A DNA stretch of 64,000 nt from Dehalococcoidia bacterium (GCA_965221295.1 OZ244879.1:623252-687251); one strand, 5' to 3'; shown: positions 17,079 through 26,483, counted from the stretch's first letter. Translations and numbers: made by a program. The notes: generated by a model not told the origin, from the sequence alone.

Positions 17079-18182
17079 TCAATAGACCTTGTATTCCTCA
17101 AGAACCGCCGCGTCCAGGCGCAGGCCCAGGCCCGGCTCGTTGGGAGCGATGATTTCACCGCCGTCCCATGCCGGCAAAACGCTGTTCAACCGGTAGTACA
17201 CCGGGTCTCTCTCCTCCTCGAACACCTCCACGAACAGGCCATGGGCGTGGGCGGGAAGCAACTGCACCGCCAGTTGCGGTTCCTCATGGTGCGCCATGCG
17301 GACGCCGCGCATCTGAGCGGCCCCGGCCACGCGCCGCCATTCCGAAATGCCGCCGCAGATGGCCGCGTCGATGTTCAGAATGTCCACTGCCTCGGTGTCC
17401 ATGAGGCGCTGACCGCCCCACGAGCTGCTCTCCCCCTGGCCGGCGGCAACGGGAACCCCCGTGCGCAGGCGAACCTGGCGCATGTCGTGGTCAGCGTTCT
17501 GCCAGCGACACGGCTCTTCGAGCCAGGCAATGCCCATCTCCTTGGCCGGCGCCGCAAATTCCAACGCTTCTTCCAGCGTCCAGGCCTGGTTGGCGTCGCA
17601 CACGATTATGAAGTCGTCGCCCAGGGCATCTCGAATCGCCCGCACCCGCAGCAGGTCGTCGGGCACGGCCACGCCGCCCACCTTCAGCTTGACGCCGCCG
17701 ATGCCTCGTTGCCGCTGATGCAGCAGGTCTTCCACCATGAAGGCGGTATCCCGTCCCTGCACGTAGTAGGCGAACCGCACCACGGGCGACCGGTCGGCGT
17801 ACCCGCCCAGCATCGTTCGCACGGGAACCCCCAGGGCTTTGCCGGCGATGTCCCACAGCGCGATGTCAATGGCGGCAATGGCCCGCATGGCGATTGCTTT
17901 GTTGCCGATGCGGGGAGTCAGGGCGAACATCTGCTGCCAGCATCGCTCAATGGCCATCGGGTCCTCGCCCATCACGGCTTCCGCCATGGGGCCCACCACC
18001 AGGTCCTTCAGCAGTTGGTATCCGGCGCGTTCATCCCCGGAATAGACCTCGCTGACCAGTCCCTCGTCGGTATGAACGCGCGTAACGATGGCGCAGCGTG
18101 ATTCAATCTGGTACACGCTGCCGCTGAATCTGGCGCTCAGTGGGAAGCGGACGATGTCCGCCTCCACGTTGGTTATTCGCAT
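17079..18182 (-). CDS. Mandelate racemase / muconate lactonizing enzyme family (enolase superfamily) protein
   Basis: Shows an N-terminal capping-domain pattern, VKLKVGG, and a barrel with a spaced acidic-ligand pattern (CDANQAW, EEP, ...D). The specific substrate cannot be inferred. Confidence 0.85.
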   Translation of the reverse strand: MRITNVEADIVRFPLSARFSGSVYQIESRCAIVTRVHTDEGLVSEVYSGDERAGYQLLKDLVVGPMAEAVMGEDPMAIERCWQQMFALTPRIGNKAIAMRAIAAIDIALWDIAGKALGVPVRTMLGGYADRSPVVRFAYYVQGRDTAFMVEDLLHQRQRGIGGVKLKVGGVAVPDDLLRVRAIRDALGDDFIIVCDANQAWTLEEALEFAAPAKEMGIAWLEEPCRWQNADHDMRQVRLRTGVPVAAGQGESSSWGGQRLMDTEAVDILNIDAAICGGISEWRRVAGAAQMRGVRMAHHEEPQLAVQLLPAHAHGLFVEVFEEERDPVYYRLNSVLPAWDGGEIIAPNEPGLGLRLDAAVLEEYKVY

Positions 18183-18395
18183 ATTCTGCCGCCTCCCGGC
18201 GCGATGGATCGCCCTGAATTATACCCTCAGCAGACCCGCTCAGCAGCCTCGCTGGTTGGGGCCACTTCGTAGTTATTGGTAAATTCGGCGGCGATGTTAC
18301 AATTCGATAGTAGCCGCCCGGCGAGGCGTCGAATTTACCAATATTGGACAAACACCGCGCGGACACAAAACCCACGGAGACAACACGAGGAAGCC

Positions 18396-19355
18396 ATGAA
18401 CACTCTCAAGACCTTCTTCCTGCTGATGGTTTTGACCGGCATGCTCCTGCTGATCGGCGCCGCCATCGGCGGTCAGGCCGGCCTGATCATCGCGCTGATG
18501 TTCGCATTGGCCATGAACTTTGGCGCGTACTGGTTCAGCGACAAAATCGCGCTCAGCATGACCCACGCCAAACCCATCACCCGGGAGGACGACCCCGAGT
18601 TCTACGACCTGGTGGAAGAACAAGCCCGCCTGGCCAACATGCCCATGCCCAAAGTGTACGAAATCGATTCGGATTCGCCCAACGCCTTCGCCACCGGCCG
18701 CAATCCCCAGAACGCCGCGGTCGCGGCCACCACCGGCATCCGGCGCCTACTGACGCGGGACGAGCTGGCCGGCGTCATGGCGCACGAGATGGCCCACGTC
18801 GGCAACCGCGACACTCTGATTATGGCCACCGTCGCCACCATCGCCGGAGCGATTTCCATGCTGGCGTTCATGGCCCAGTTCGCGGCGATATTCGGCAGCT
18901 TCGGCGGCCACCACGACGATGAAGAGGGCGGAGGCGGCGGCAACATGATCAGTTTGCTCATCATCGCCATCGTCATGCCCATCGCGGCCACGTTGATCCG
19001 CTTGGCCATCTCCCGCGCCCGCGAGTACCAAGCCGACCAGACCGGCGCCCACAACTGCGGCGACCCGGAGGCGCTGGCCCGGGCCCTGGAAAAGCTGGAA
19101 ATGGGCGCCGAGATCCGGCCCATGAAGGTCAACGAGGCGGCTTCTCACCTGTTCATCGTCAATCCGTTGAGCGGCAGGTCCATGGCACGCCTCTTTTCGA
19201 CGCATCCGCCCACCGAAGAGCGGGCGCGACGCCTGCGCGCCATGAACGCGCGGCCCAGGTTCGATGCCTACGATGCGTCGGGATTCGACGCGCCAGCAGG
19301 CAACAACCAACCCAACTACGAAATCCCAGACAGCAACGACCGCCCCAATTTCTGA
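18396..19355 (+). CDS. htpX: Zinc metalloprotease HtpX
   Basis: Contains HEMAHV (HExxH), N-terminal TM helices and a C-terminal FSTHPPTEERARRL. Confidence 0.9.
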   Translation: MNTLKTFFLLMVLTGMLLLIGAAIGGQAGLIIALMFALAMNFGAYWFSDKIALSMTHAKPITREDDPEFYDLVEEQARLANMPMPKVYEIDSDSPNAFATGRNPQNAAVAATTGIRRLLTRDELAGVMAHEMAHVGNRDTLIMATVATIAGAISMLAFMAQFAAIFGSFGGHHDDEEGGGGGNMISLLIIAIVMPIAATLIRLAISRAREYQADQTGAHNCGDPEALARALEKLEMGAEIRPMKVNEAASHLFIVNPLSGRSMARLFSTHPPTEERARRLRAMNARPRFDAYDASGFDAPAGNNQPNYEIPDSNDRPNF

Positions 19356-19390
19356 CGAAGGGATAGCCGCGGCCTGACTCGAGCGTTTTC

Positions 19391-20500
19391 ATGCGACACC
19401 GCAGCAAAAAAGCCGAGAGGGAGATGAATGAGCGCAGTCATGAGCAATGGCGAAACGCTGGGCAAAGGTGCTTGATGGAAGGCATCGCAACGCCCAGAGG
19501 CGCTGCGCCGCACTATTGCCAAGGACGGGGCATACCAATCGGATCCCATACGATACCTGCCAATGTCATCAGACGCGTATCCGGAGACCACAAGCAGGTC
19601 GTTGCGTTCGTACCGCGCGTCGATTTAGACCGCTGGTCGCCGCGCGAAACAGTTGGACCCGCTTTTCCAGATACTCCTGTGGGTGCGGCTACTGTCGGGC
19701 GTTACGCCTGCGCATGGCATGATCAGTGGTTTAACCCCATCGATACCCTGCCGTATCGATTGGTAGAAGACAGTTCGACAGCAATGCGGATTGCGTTGCG
19801 CGCAACCTCAATGGCGTATTTCCTGGCCGAACGCAGCCACGACTTGTACCAAAAGCGGTCAGATTATTGCCAGCAAGCATCGCGACCGGCTCCGTTACGA
19901 CCGCAAGAATGCGGCTGTCTTGAACAGTGGGAGATTGATCACAAAAAGGATCGTGAACGTGCCGAGGCGCTCGAAAAGCACACTCTCCCGGTATTGGCGC
20001 AAGAGGTCGAACAACTCGTGGATCTCGCTCGAAACGAGCGATGGTCAGAAATCGTCGCGAATGAGACTTTCCTGCCGGGGCAGCCTTCCATGGGCGGCAC
20101 CGCATTATGGCGGCCTCTTTATAGTGGCGACCCGATCACCCTGACCATAATTCCAGAAAGCGCTGGACACCGGATTTTCGTCACCCACCATAGGAAGCTC
20201 ACCAACGTGGTTCAGGGGGTGGTTGGGGCGCTGATGGGACAATATGCCAAAGCCGGCAGGACAAGGTTGCTTTCAGAGATCGCCCTGCAACAGCATCACG
20301 CCATGTTCATCCTCAAGCCCAAGTGGGAATCCATGAGCGCGTCAGATCAGGAGGCAGTTAAGGAAATCGTCAAAGAAATGGGATCTCCGGTCCCTCCGAT
20401 CTCGATTCGGAAAAACCCCCTGAAGTGGTTGCGGAGCCCCAGATCCTGGCCGCTACGGGAAGACCCACGGGTGCCGGATCTTTTCTCGGCGGCCGATTAA
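19391..20500 (+). CDS. Hypothetical protein (start uncertain)
   Basis: Long ORF with protein-like composition in a locally less GC-rich stretch. No recognisable family. Confidence 0.5.
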   Translation: MRHRSKKAEREMNERSHEQWRNAGQRCLMEGIATPRGAAPHYCQGRGIPIGSHTIPANVIRRVSGDHKQVVAFVPRVDLDRWSPRETVGPAFPDTPVGAATVGRYACAWHDQWFNPIDTLPYRLVEDSSTAMRIALRATSMAYFLAERSHDLYQKRSDYCQQASRPAPLRPQECGCLEQWEIDHKKDRERAEALEKHTLPVLAQEVEQLVDLARNERWSEIVANETFLPGQPSMGGTALWRPLYSGDPITLTIIPESAGHRIFVTHHRKLTNVVQGVVGALMGQYAKAGRTRLLSEIALQQHHAMFILKPKWESMSASDQEAVKEIVKEMGSPVPPISIRKNPLKWLRSPRSWPLREDPRVPDLFSAAD

Positions 20501-20552
20501 TCTCGCCAGGCTTCAGGACATCGCGTTGCGTTGCCGGGGTCCTACGATTGGG

Positions 20553-21503
20553 TCAGAAAATCGCGATGGGGTTCACGGGGCTGCCGGTTACGTTGCGCAG
20601 CCGCAGGGCGCCGATGGACAGCATGAACTCGTGGCGGTTGTGCCGATCTGCAGCCTCTGCCAGCTCTTCCAGATTGGCGTTGTCGATCAGCCACACGCCC
20701 AGGTACACCAGGCAGGCGATGTGCAGCGGCGACACGATGTTGGCGTACTCGTTGGGCCGGATGTCGTTGGACGTGTCCGTGCCGAGCATGGCGACGCCTC
20801 GTTCCTTGAACCATGGCGCGCAGGCCACGTGGCAGGCGACGCTGGGTTCGCTGGGCGGCAACGGCCCTTCCACCAGCCGGCGCCGGTAGTTCCCCGTCCG
20901 CACCAGCATAATGTCGCCAGATTCCACGGTTACTCCGTGATCGCGTTCCGCCGCGTCCAGATCCTCGGGCATCACCGGCGCGTTGGGCGGAAGCCAGTCC
21001 ACGCCTCGGACCTTGGCGATGTCCAGCAGGACGCCCCGGCTCACCAGGCCCTGGGCGGTCAGGTCTATGGCGTGGCTCTGGGCGCCTTCCCGAGATGTGA
21101 CCACTGCCGCCGGAATCCCGTTGTACATCAGGCCGTCGTAGGAGTAGTGCGACAACGCGTCGATGTGGGTGATGGTTTGCCCATGGAAAACCATCCCGAT
21201 GAACTCAGCGGCGCCGCGCCGGGAATTGCGCCGCTCCAGCGGGTCGGTGTCCCGTCCCTCGCCGCTGTCCACCATGAACCGCTGCACCTGGTAGCTGATG
21301 TCAGGCGCCATATCGGTGGTGATGGGCCGGGCGCAACTGACCGTTTCGCCGGTTTGAACCAGGGCGGCCGCCTGCGTCCGCTTGGCCTGGGTAATCAGGT
21401 TCAGCGCGCCCAATTGGTCCTGCTGGCCCCAGCGACCCCAATTGTTCTCGCTGCGGTACCACTCCAACACTTCTGCCTCAGTTGGCGCTCCCGAAAATGC
21501 CAT
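20553..21503 (-). CDS. Cyclase family protein (kynurenine formamidase-like fold)
   Basis: Starts NWGRWGQQDQLGALNLIT and carries a metal-site-like HGQTITHIDALSH. Confidence 0.75.
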   Translation of the reverse strand: MAFSGAPTEAEVLEWYRSENNWGRWGQQDQLGALNLITQAKRTQAAALVQTGETVSCARPITTDMAPDISYQVQRFMVDSGEGRDTDPLERRNSRRGAAEFIGMVFHGQTITHIDALSHYSYDGLMYNGIPAAVVTSREGAQSHAIDLTAQGLVSRGVLLDIAKVRGVDWLPPNAPVMPEDLDAAERDHGVTVESGDIMLVRTGNYRRRLVEGPLPPSEPSVACHVACAPWFKERGVAMLGTDTSNDIRPNEYANIVSPLHIACLVYLGVWLIDNANLEELAEAADRHNRHEFMLSIGALRLRNVTGSPVNPIAIF

Positions 21504-21693
21504 GTTTCCCTCCGTTTTCGATGCGCATTCGCCACACCGCCGCGGCGGGCGGTTGTGGCGGCATTCTACACCAACGTGAGGGATGGCCAGACAGCCACGC
21601 GGTCAAAGGCCGCCGCCGCGTGGAACGGGGTCGCGCCGCGCGATTAGGGCTGCGCCGTACGCTTGATGCGAGCCCGGCGCCCGACGCGGGTTC

Positions 21694-22707
21694 TCACGCC
21701 AACCGGGACCCGATGAAATTGGGATGGCCTCGCAAAAATTCCGAGTCGCTGGTTGCCCGGCGACCTTCCAATTGCAGGCGCCGCGCCGCCAGCAGTCCTC
21801 GTCCGGAGCCGATGGCGATGGCGGCGCCGTCAACGGAGGTCACCAGCCCTGGCCCCGCGTCCAGGTCGTTGATCGGCGCGACTTCCAGCAGCTTCAATTC
21901 CTTCCCGCCCCAATGCGTGTACAACCCCGGCCAGGGCGCGTAGGCCCGCTGACGCCTGGCGAGGGTATCGGCGCTCAACTCCCAATCCGCCAACCCGTCG
22001 GCGCGTTCCAACTTGGTGGTGTACGTCGCCCGGTCCGCGTCCTGCACGGTGGCTTCGACCAAACCGTCGATCCATTGGGGAAGGATCTCCACCAGCAGGG
22101 AGGCGCCATCGGCGAACAGCGCGTCGGTCAAACCGGCGGCGTCATCGAGCGGCTCTACGGCGCGTTCGCGTTGCGCGATCACCGGCCCGGTGTCCATGCC
22201 TTCGTCCAGCAGCATCAGCGAGACCCCGGTAACGGCGTCGCCGGCCAGGATGGCGCCGGCAACTGGCGCCGGGCCGCGATGCCTGGGCAGCAACGAGGGA
22301 TGCAGGTTCAAACAGCCAAAGCGCGGCAGCTCCAGAACCTCTCGCGGCAGCAACCGCCCGTAGGCGGCAACCACGATGACGTCGGGACGGTAGGATCGCA
22401 GACGCTGCGCAACGTCCGCATCCCTGAAGGCGCGCGGCTGCTCGACTGGGATCCCCAACTGCTGAGCGCGCTGCTTGACCGGGGACGCTTCCATGACCTG
22501 TCCTCGGCCGCGCCGGCGGTCCGGGGTCGTATAGACCGCCACCACCTCAACTCTCGGGCAATCTAGCAGCGCGTCCAATGCCGGGTTGACGAAACCGGGC
22601 GTTCCCATGAACACCGCGCGGTGGGACTCGCTGGCGATTACGAACGCCGAAGATTCGGCCTGAAAATGGGTTGACAAGACTTGGACCTGGTTGTAAATTT
22701 GCATCAA
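21694..22707 (-). CDS. fmt: Methionyl-tRNA formyltransferase (true start probably downstream of 22707)
   Basis: Contains VFMGTPGF...AVYTTPDRRRGRG, NLHPSLLPRHRGPAP and a C-terminal Fmt domain. Confidence 0.85.
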   Translation of the reverse strand: MMQIYNQVQVLSTHFQAESSAFVIASESHRAVFMGTPGFVNPALDALLDCPRVEVVAVYTTPDRRRGRGQVMEASPVKQRAQQLGIPVEQPRAFRDADVAQRLRSYRPDVIVVAAYGRLLPREVLELPRFGCLNLHPSLLPRHRGPAPVAGAILAGDAVTGVSLMLLDEGMDTGPVIAQRERAVEPLDDAAGLTDALFADGASLLVEILPQWIDGLVEATVQDADRATYTTKLERADGLADWELSADTLARRQRAYAPWPGLYTHWGGKELKLLEVAPINDLDAGPGLVTSVDGAAIAIGSGRGLLAARRLQLEGRRATSDSEFLRGHPNFIGSRLA

Positions 22708-23017
22708 CCGCTGTGCGGAACTTTGAGAAAGGAGGTGATGGCTAATGGAACACAGTTTAACATGCTGGGGCGATGGTAGGCACCAGTCTGGACACGACGG
22801 GGTGAACGCCTCTTAGCGTCATCGCTTTTCAAAACGGCATTTAGCCCGTCAGTCGGGCCCAGACCAGTGTCTACCGTCGCCCCAAGGTCTTGGGAGCATC
22901 GGGCGGCAAGCCAAAGGTCCAGTCTGGGCCCGATACCCTTTTAATGACGCCGGCGTATTCTGCGCTATGGGGCTTCGCCGGGATTCAGCCCGAAACCGCG
23001 CCCCAAGCGGAATTCGT

Positions 23018-23046
23018 TTGACAAAATCGGCGGCTGAACATACATT
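23018..23046 (+). promoter_or_regulatory. Candidate promoter of the rpsP operon
   Basis: TTGACA at 23018-23023, a 17-nt spacer and TACATT at 23041-23046. Confidence 0.45.
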
Positions 23047-23100
23047 GAAAGGGGCCCTGATGAAAGTTGCCCCATTCGTAATTTCTGAAATGGAGTTCAA

Positions 23101-23370
23101 ATGCTACGGATTCGCCTGCGGAGAGTAGGAAAGAAAGGCCGCCCCTACTATCGGATCGTCGTCACCGAACGACGCAACCCACGGGACGGCGCGTACATCG
23201 ACGGCATCGGTCACTACGATCCAATGGCAGACCCTCCGGCGGTAACCCTGGACGAAAATCGGGCCATCGATTGGCTGCGCAAGGGCGCTCAGCCTTCTGA
23301 CCCGGTGCGTCGCATCTTCGATTTCAACGGCATCTTCGAAAAGGCAAACGCCGATGAAAGAACTGATTGA
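23101..23370 (+). CDS. rpsP: 30S ribosomal protein S16
   Basis: Starts MLRIRLRRVGKKGRPYYRIVV. Confidence 0.95.
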   Translation: MLRIRLRRVGKKGRPYYRIVVTERRNPRDGAYIDGIGHYDPMADPPAVTLDENRAIDWLRKGAQPSDPVRRIFDFNGIFEKANADERTD

Positions 23371-23581
23371 GTTTATCGCCCAATCCCTAACTTCCAATCC
23401 CGAGGCCGTACGCGTCACCGAATCCGACGAGGGCGACCAAATCGTGATACGGCTGGAAGTAGCGCCCGAAGACAAGGGCAAGGTTATCGGACGTCAGGGC
23501 CGCGTGGCCCAGGCGATGCGGGTATTGCTACGGGTCGCCGCCGTCAAGGACGGCACGCGGGCAGTCTTGGAGATTGTCTAA
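23354..23581 (+). CDS. KH-domain RNA-binding protein (YlqC/UPF0109)
   Basis: Contains GKVIGRQGRVAQAMR and occupies the conserved position between rpsP and rimM. Confidence 0.85.
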   Translation: MKELIEFIAQSLTSNPEAVRVTESDEGDQIVIRLEVAPEDKGKVIGRQGRVAQAMRVLLRVAAVKDGTRAVLEIV

Positions 23582-24167
23582 CCCGCGGCAATACCGACGG
23601 AACCGCCGGGGCGCTGCCGGCGTTCAGTCCGCGAAGCAAGCGCCGCCCGGCCCGGATGATCCCGAACCGCCGGCTGGCATGGCCCTGGTGGGGCGAGTCT
23701 TGCGCCCACACGGCCTCGATGGCTCCCTGAGGATCCGGCCGCTGTCCGACAACCCGAAGCGGTTCCTCGTTGGCGAATCCCTGACCGTCGCCGGCAGGTC
23801 GTGGACTGTCGCCAGCTTCCGGGCAACGCCCGGCGACCAGGCGCTGTTGGGCTTGGAAGGTTTGAGCGACCCTGCCTCAGCGCGCGCCCTGACCGGCGAA
23901 TGGCTGTACGCCGCCATCGACCCCGCCGACGCCCTGCCTCCCGGGGAGTACTACCACTATCAATTGATCGGACTTTCCGTCGCCACCGATGAGGGAGAAG
24001 CCCTGGGAACCATCAGGGAGATTCTAACCACCGGCAGCAACGACGTTTACGTAGTCGACTCCGGTTCCGGGTCCGACATCCTGCTACCCGCGATTTCCCA
24101 GGTGATCAAACACGTCGATCTGGAGTCGGGCGCAATGCTGGTCCATCTGATCGACGGTTTGAGATAG
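23574..24167 (+). CDS. rimM: 16S rRNA processing protein RimM (start may be the ATG at 23679)
   Basis: Contains VGRVLRPHGLDGSLRI plus a C-terminal PRC barrel, in the conserved gene order. Confidence 0.85.
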   Translation: MSNPRQYRRNRRGAAGVQSAKQAPPGPDDPEPPAGMALVGRVLRPHGLDGSLRIRPLSDNPKRFLVGESLTVAGRSWTVASFRATPGDQALLGLEGLSDPASARALTGEWLYAAIDPADALPPGEYYHYQLIGLSVATDEGEALGTIREILTTGSNDVYVVDSGSGSDILLPAISQVIKHVDLESGAMLVHLIDGLR

Positions 24168-24204
24168 CAGTTGGTCAGGCGCAGGATGCGGCGCGCCCTC
24201 CCTT

Positions 24205-25625
24205 TTCTGTCATTGCGAACCTTCCTCTACTGTCATTGCGAGCGAAGCGCGGCAATCTAGTGGGTCGCAACCAACGGCCGCTGGGCTCCGCCACCCTACG
24301 GTCGTTCGCCCAGGAATCGAGATTGCCGCGGCCTTCGGCCTCGCAATGACGGTTGCTATGGTCGGTCATTGCGGGCCTTCCTCTACTGTCATTGCGAGCG
24401 AAGCGCGGCAATCTAGTGGGTCGCAACCAACGGCCGCTCGGCTCCACCATCCTACGGTCGTTCGCCCTGGAATCGAGATTGCCGCGTCGCTAACGCTCCT
24501 CGCAATGACAATTGCTATGGTCTGTCAATGCGGGCCTTCCTCTACTGTCATTGCGAGCGAAGCGCGGCAATCTCGTTGACCGCAACCAACGGCCGCTCGG
24601 CTCCGCCATCTCACGGTCGTTCGCCCAGGCATCGAGATTGCCGCGTCGCTACCGCTCCTCGCAATGACAGTTGCTATGGTCGGTCATTGCGAGCCTTCCT
24701 TTACTGTCATTGCGAGCGAAGCGCGGCAATCTAGTGGGTCGCAACCAACGGCCGCTCGGCTCCGCCACCATACGGTCGTTCGCCCAGGCATCGAGATTGC
24801 CGCGTCGCTACCGCTCCTCGCAATGACAGTTGCTATGGTCGGTCATTGCGAGCCTTCCTTTATTGTCATTGCGAGCGAAGCGCGGCAATCTCGTTGGCCG
24901 CAACCAACGGCCGCTCGGCTCCGCCACCCGACGGTCGTTCGCCCAGGCATCGAGATTGCCGCGTCGCTACCGCTCCTCGCAATGACAGTTGCTATGGTCG
25001 GTCATTGCGAGCCTTCCTTTATTGTCATTGCGAGCGAAGCGCGGCAATCTCGTTGGCCGCAACCAACGGCCGCTCGGCTCCGCCACCCGACGGTCGTTCG
25101 CCCAGGCATCGAGATTGCCGCGTCGCTACCGCTCCTCGCAATGACAGTTGCTATGGTCGGTCATTGCGAGCCTTCCTCTACTGTCATTGCGAGCGAAGCG
25201 CGGCAATCTCGTTGGCCGCAACCAACGGCCGCTCGGCTCCGCCATCTTACGGTCGTTCGCCCAAGCATAGAGATTGCCACGTCGCTAACGCTCCTCGCAA
25301 TGACAATTGCTATGGTCGGTCATTGCGAGCCTTCCTTTACTGTCGTTGCGAGCGAAGCGCGGCAATCTCGTTGGCCGCAACCAACGGCCGCTCGGCTCCG
25401 CCATCTTACGGTCGTTCGCCCAGGCATCGAGATTGCCGCGTCGCTAACGCTCCTCGCAATGACAGTTGGGGGGCGCTCTTCGCAATGACAGTTGAGGGGC
25501 GCTCCTCGCAATGACCAGAACCGAGGGGCCGAATGAGCGACCGCAGGAAGGCGCCTGGCGGCCTTCGTCCTCGCAATGACAGTTGCTATGGTCTGTCATT
25601 GCGAGCGGAGCGCGGACAGTCGCCG
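24205..25625. repeat. Tandem array of a 159-bp palindrome-containing unit (8 full units plus degenerate fragments)
   Basis: Units start at 24231, 24387, 24546, 24705, 24864, 25023, 25182 and 25341. The first spacing is 156 nt and the rest are exactly 159 nt. Each unit has nested inverted repeats tgtcattgcgag...cgcggcaatctcg / cgagattgccgcg...ctcgcaatgaca around a conserved core of about 57 nt. Confidence 0.92.
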
Positions 25626-25632
25626 GCCGCGG

Positions 25633-26112
25633 TCAGTCGCCGGCCGCCGCCAGGTGGCGTTCGGCGTGCGCGCGTTCGTGGTCCGTCTCGTCGGCGAACT
25701 CGTGGTCTTCGCAAGCCACCCAGCGCGAGCCATCGGCGAACCATTCCTTCTTCCAGATGGGAACGATGGTCTTGATGCGGTTCACCGCTTCGTGGCACGC
25801 CTCGAAAGCCTGCAACCGGTGGGGTGAGGCCACCGCCACCACCAGGCTGATCTGCCCAACGTCCACGCGGCCGGTGCGGTGGGCAATGGCGATGTCCTCG
25901 ATGCCGTAATCGGCCCGCAGGCTGTCCCGAACCTCGTGCAGCTTCTTTACGGCCATCACGTCATAGGCTTCATATTCCAGCCGCGTGACTTCCTTGCCGC
26001 CATAGTTGTCGCGAGTGGTTCCCAGGAAGGTGACCACGGCCCCATTGCCATCCTGGCGAACTGAATCGGTGATTTCCGTCGGGTCCAATGGTTCTTCGGT
26101 TAGGATGATCAT
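25633..26112 (-). CDS. moaE: Molybdopterin synthase catalytic subunit MoaE
   Basis: Contains GAVVTFLGTTRD...LEYEAYDVMA...IAIAHRTGRVDVG. Confidence 0.85.
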   Translation of the reverse strand: MIILTEEPLDPTEITDSVRQDGNGAVVTFLGTTRDNYGGKEVTRLEYEAYDVMAVKKLHEVRDSLRADYGIEDIAIAHRTGRVDVGQISLVVAVASPHRLQAFEACHEAVNRIKTIVPIWKKEWFADGSRWVACEDHEFADETDHERAHAERHLAAAGD

Positions 26113-26221
26113 GGACTGCAGCCTCTGTTGGGGTAGTCGCCTGTTGGGATGGTCTTGCGCTAGGATGAGCGTCGGCTAGGATTGGCGTCGCCTAAGATCG
26201 GCGGTGGCGAAAAGGCGCCGA

Positions 26222-26473
26222 CTAGAATCGGCCCCCACTGACCGGAGGGATCAGGCAAACTTCGTCGCCGGGTCGAAGTGGCAGGTCATCATCCGCGTAT
26301 TCCGCGTTCACCGCCACCACGATGCGAACCTCGGGCGGGGCCAACCTGGGGTGGTCTCTTCTCACGGCGTCGGTGAGATCTCCCACCAACGCGCCGTCCG
26401 GCAGATCGACCGCCACCACGGAGGCTCCGGCCCGTTCCCGGTACAGGGCGAACAACCGAACGTCAAAACGCAT
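26222..26473 (-). CDS. moaD: Molybdopterin synthase sulfur carrier MoaD (ThiS/MoaD family)
   Basis: An 83-aa ubiquitin-like pattern ending ...IPPVSGGRF. The Gly-Gly is followed by two extra residues. Confidence 0.75.
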   Translation of the reverse strand: MRFDVRLFALYRERAGASVVAVDLPDGALVGDLTDAVRRDHPRLAPPEVRIVVAVNAEYADDDLPLRPGDEVCLIPPVSGGRF

Positions 26474-26483
26474 AATAACCGGG

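Noticed and set aside
22849-23100. 83-aa minus-strand ORF abutting rpsP
   Set aside because: It overlaps the predicted rpsP promoter and the palindromic element, and it has no coding-like features.
24664-25514. Long plus-strand ORFs (274 aa and 222 aa) running through the repeat array, as possible repeat proteins
   Set aside because: Their openness follows from the unit length (159 = 3 x 53). Two frames are open simultaneously, and the peptides (VIASEARQS..., CHCERSAAIS...) are translations of palindromic arms. No start context or domain is visible.
24205-25625. CRISPR array interpretation of the periodic repeats
   Set aside because: The sequences between the repeated arms are themselves conserved from unit to unit rather than being unique spacers. 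The period is 159 nt, not about 60-75 nt, and no cas genes are nearby.
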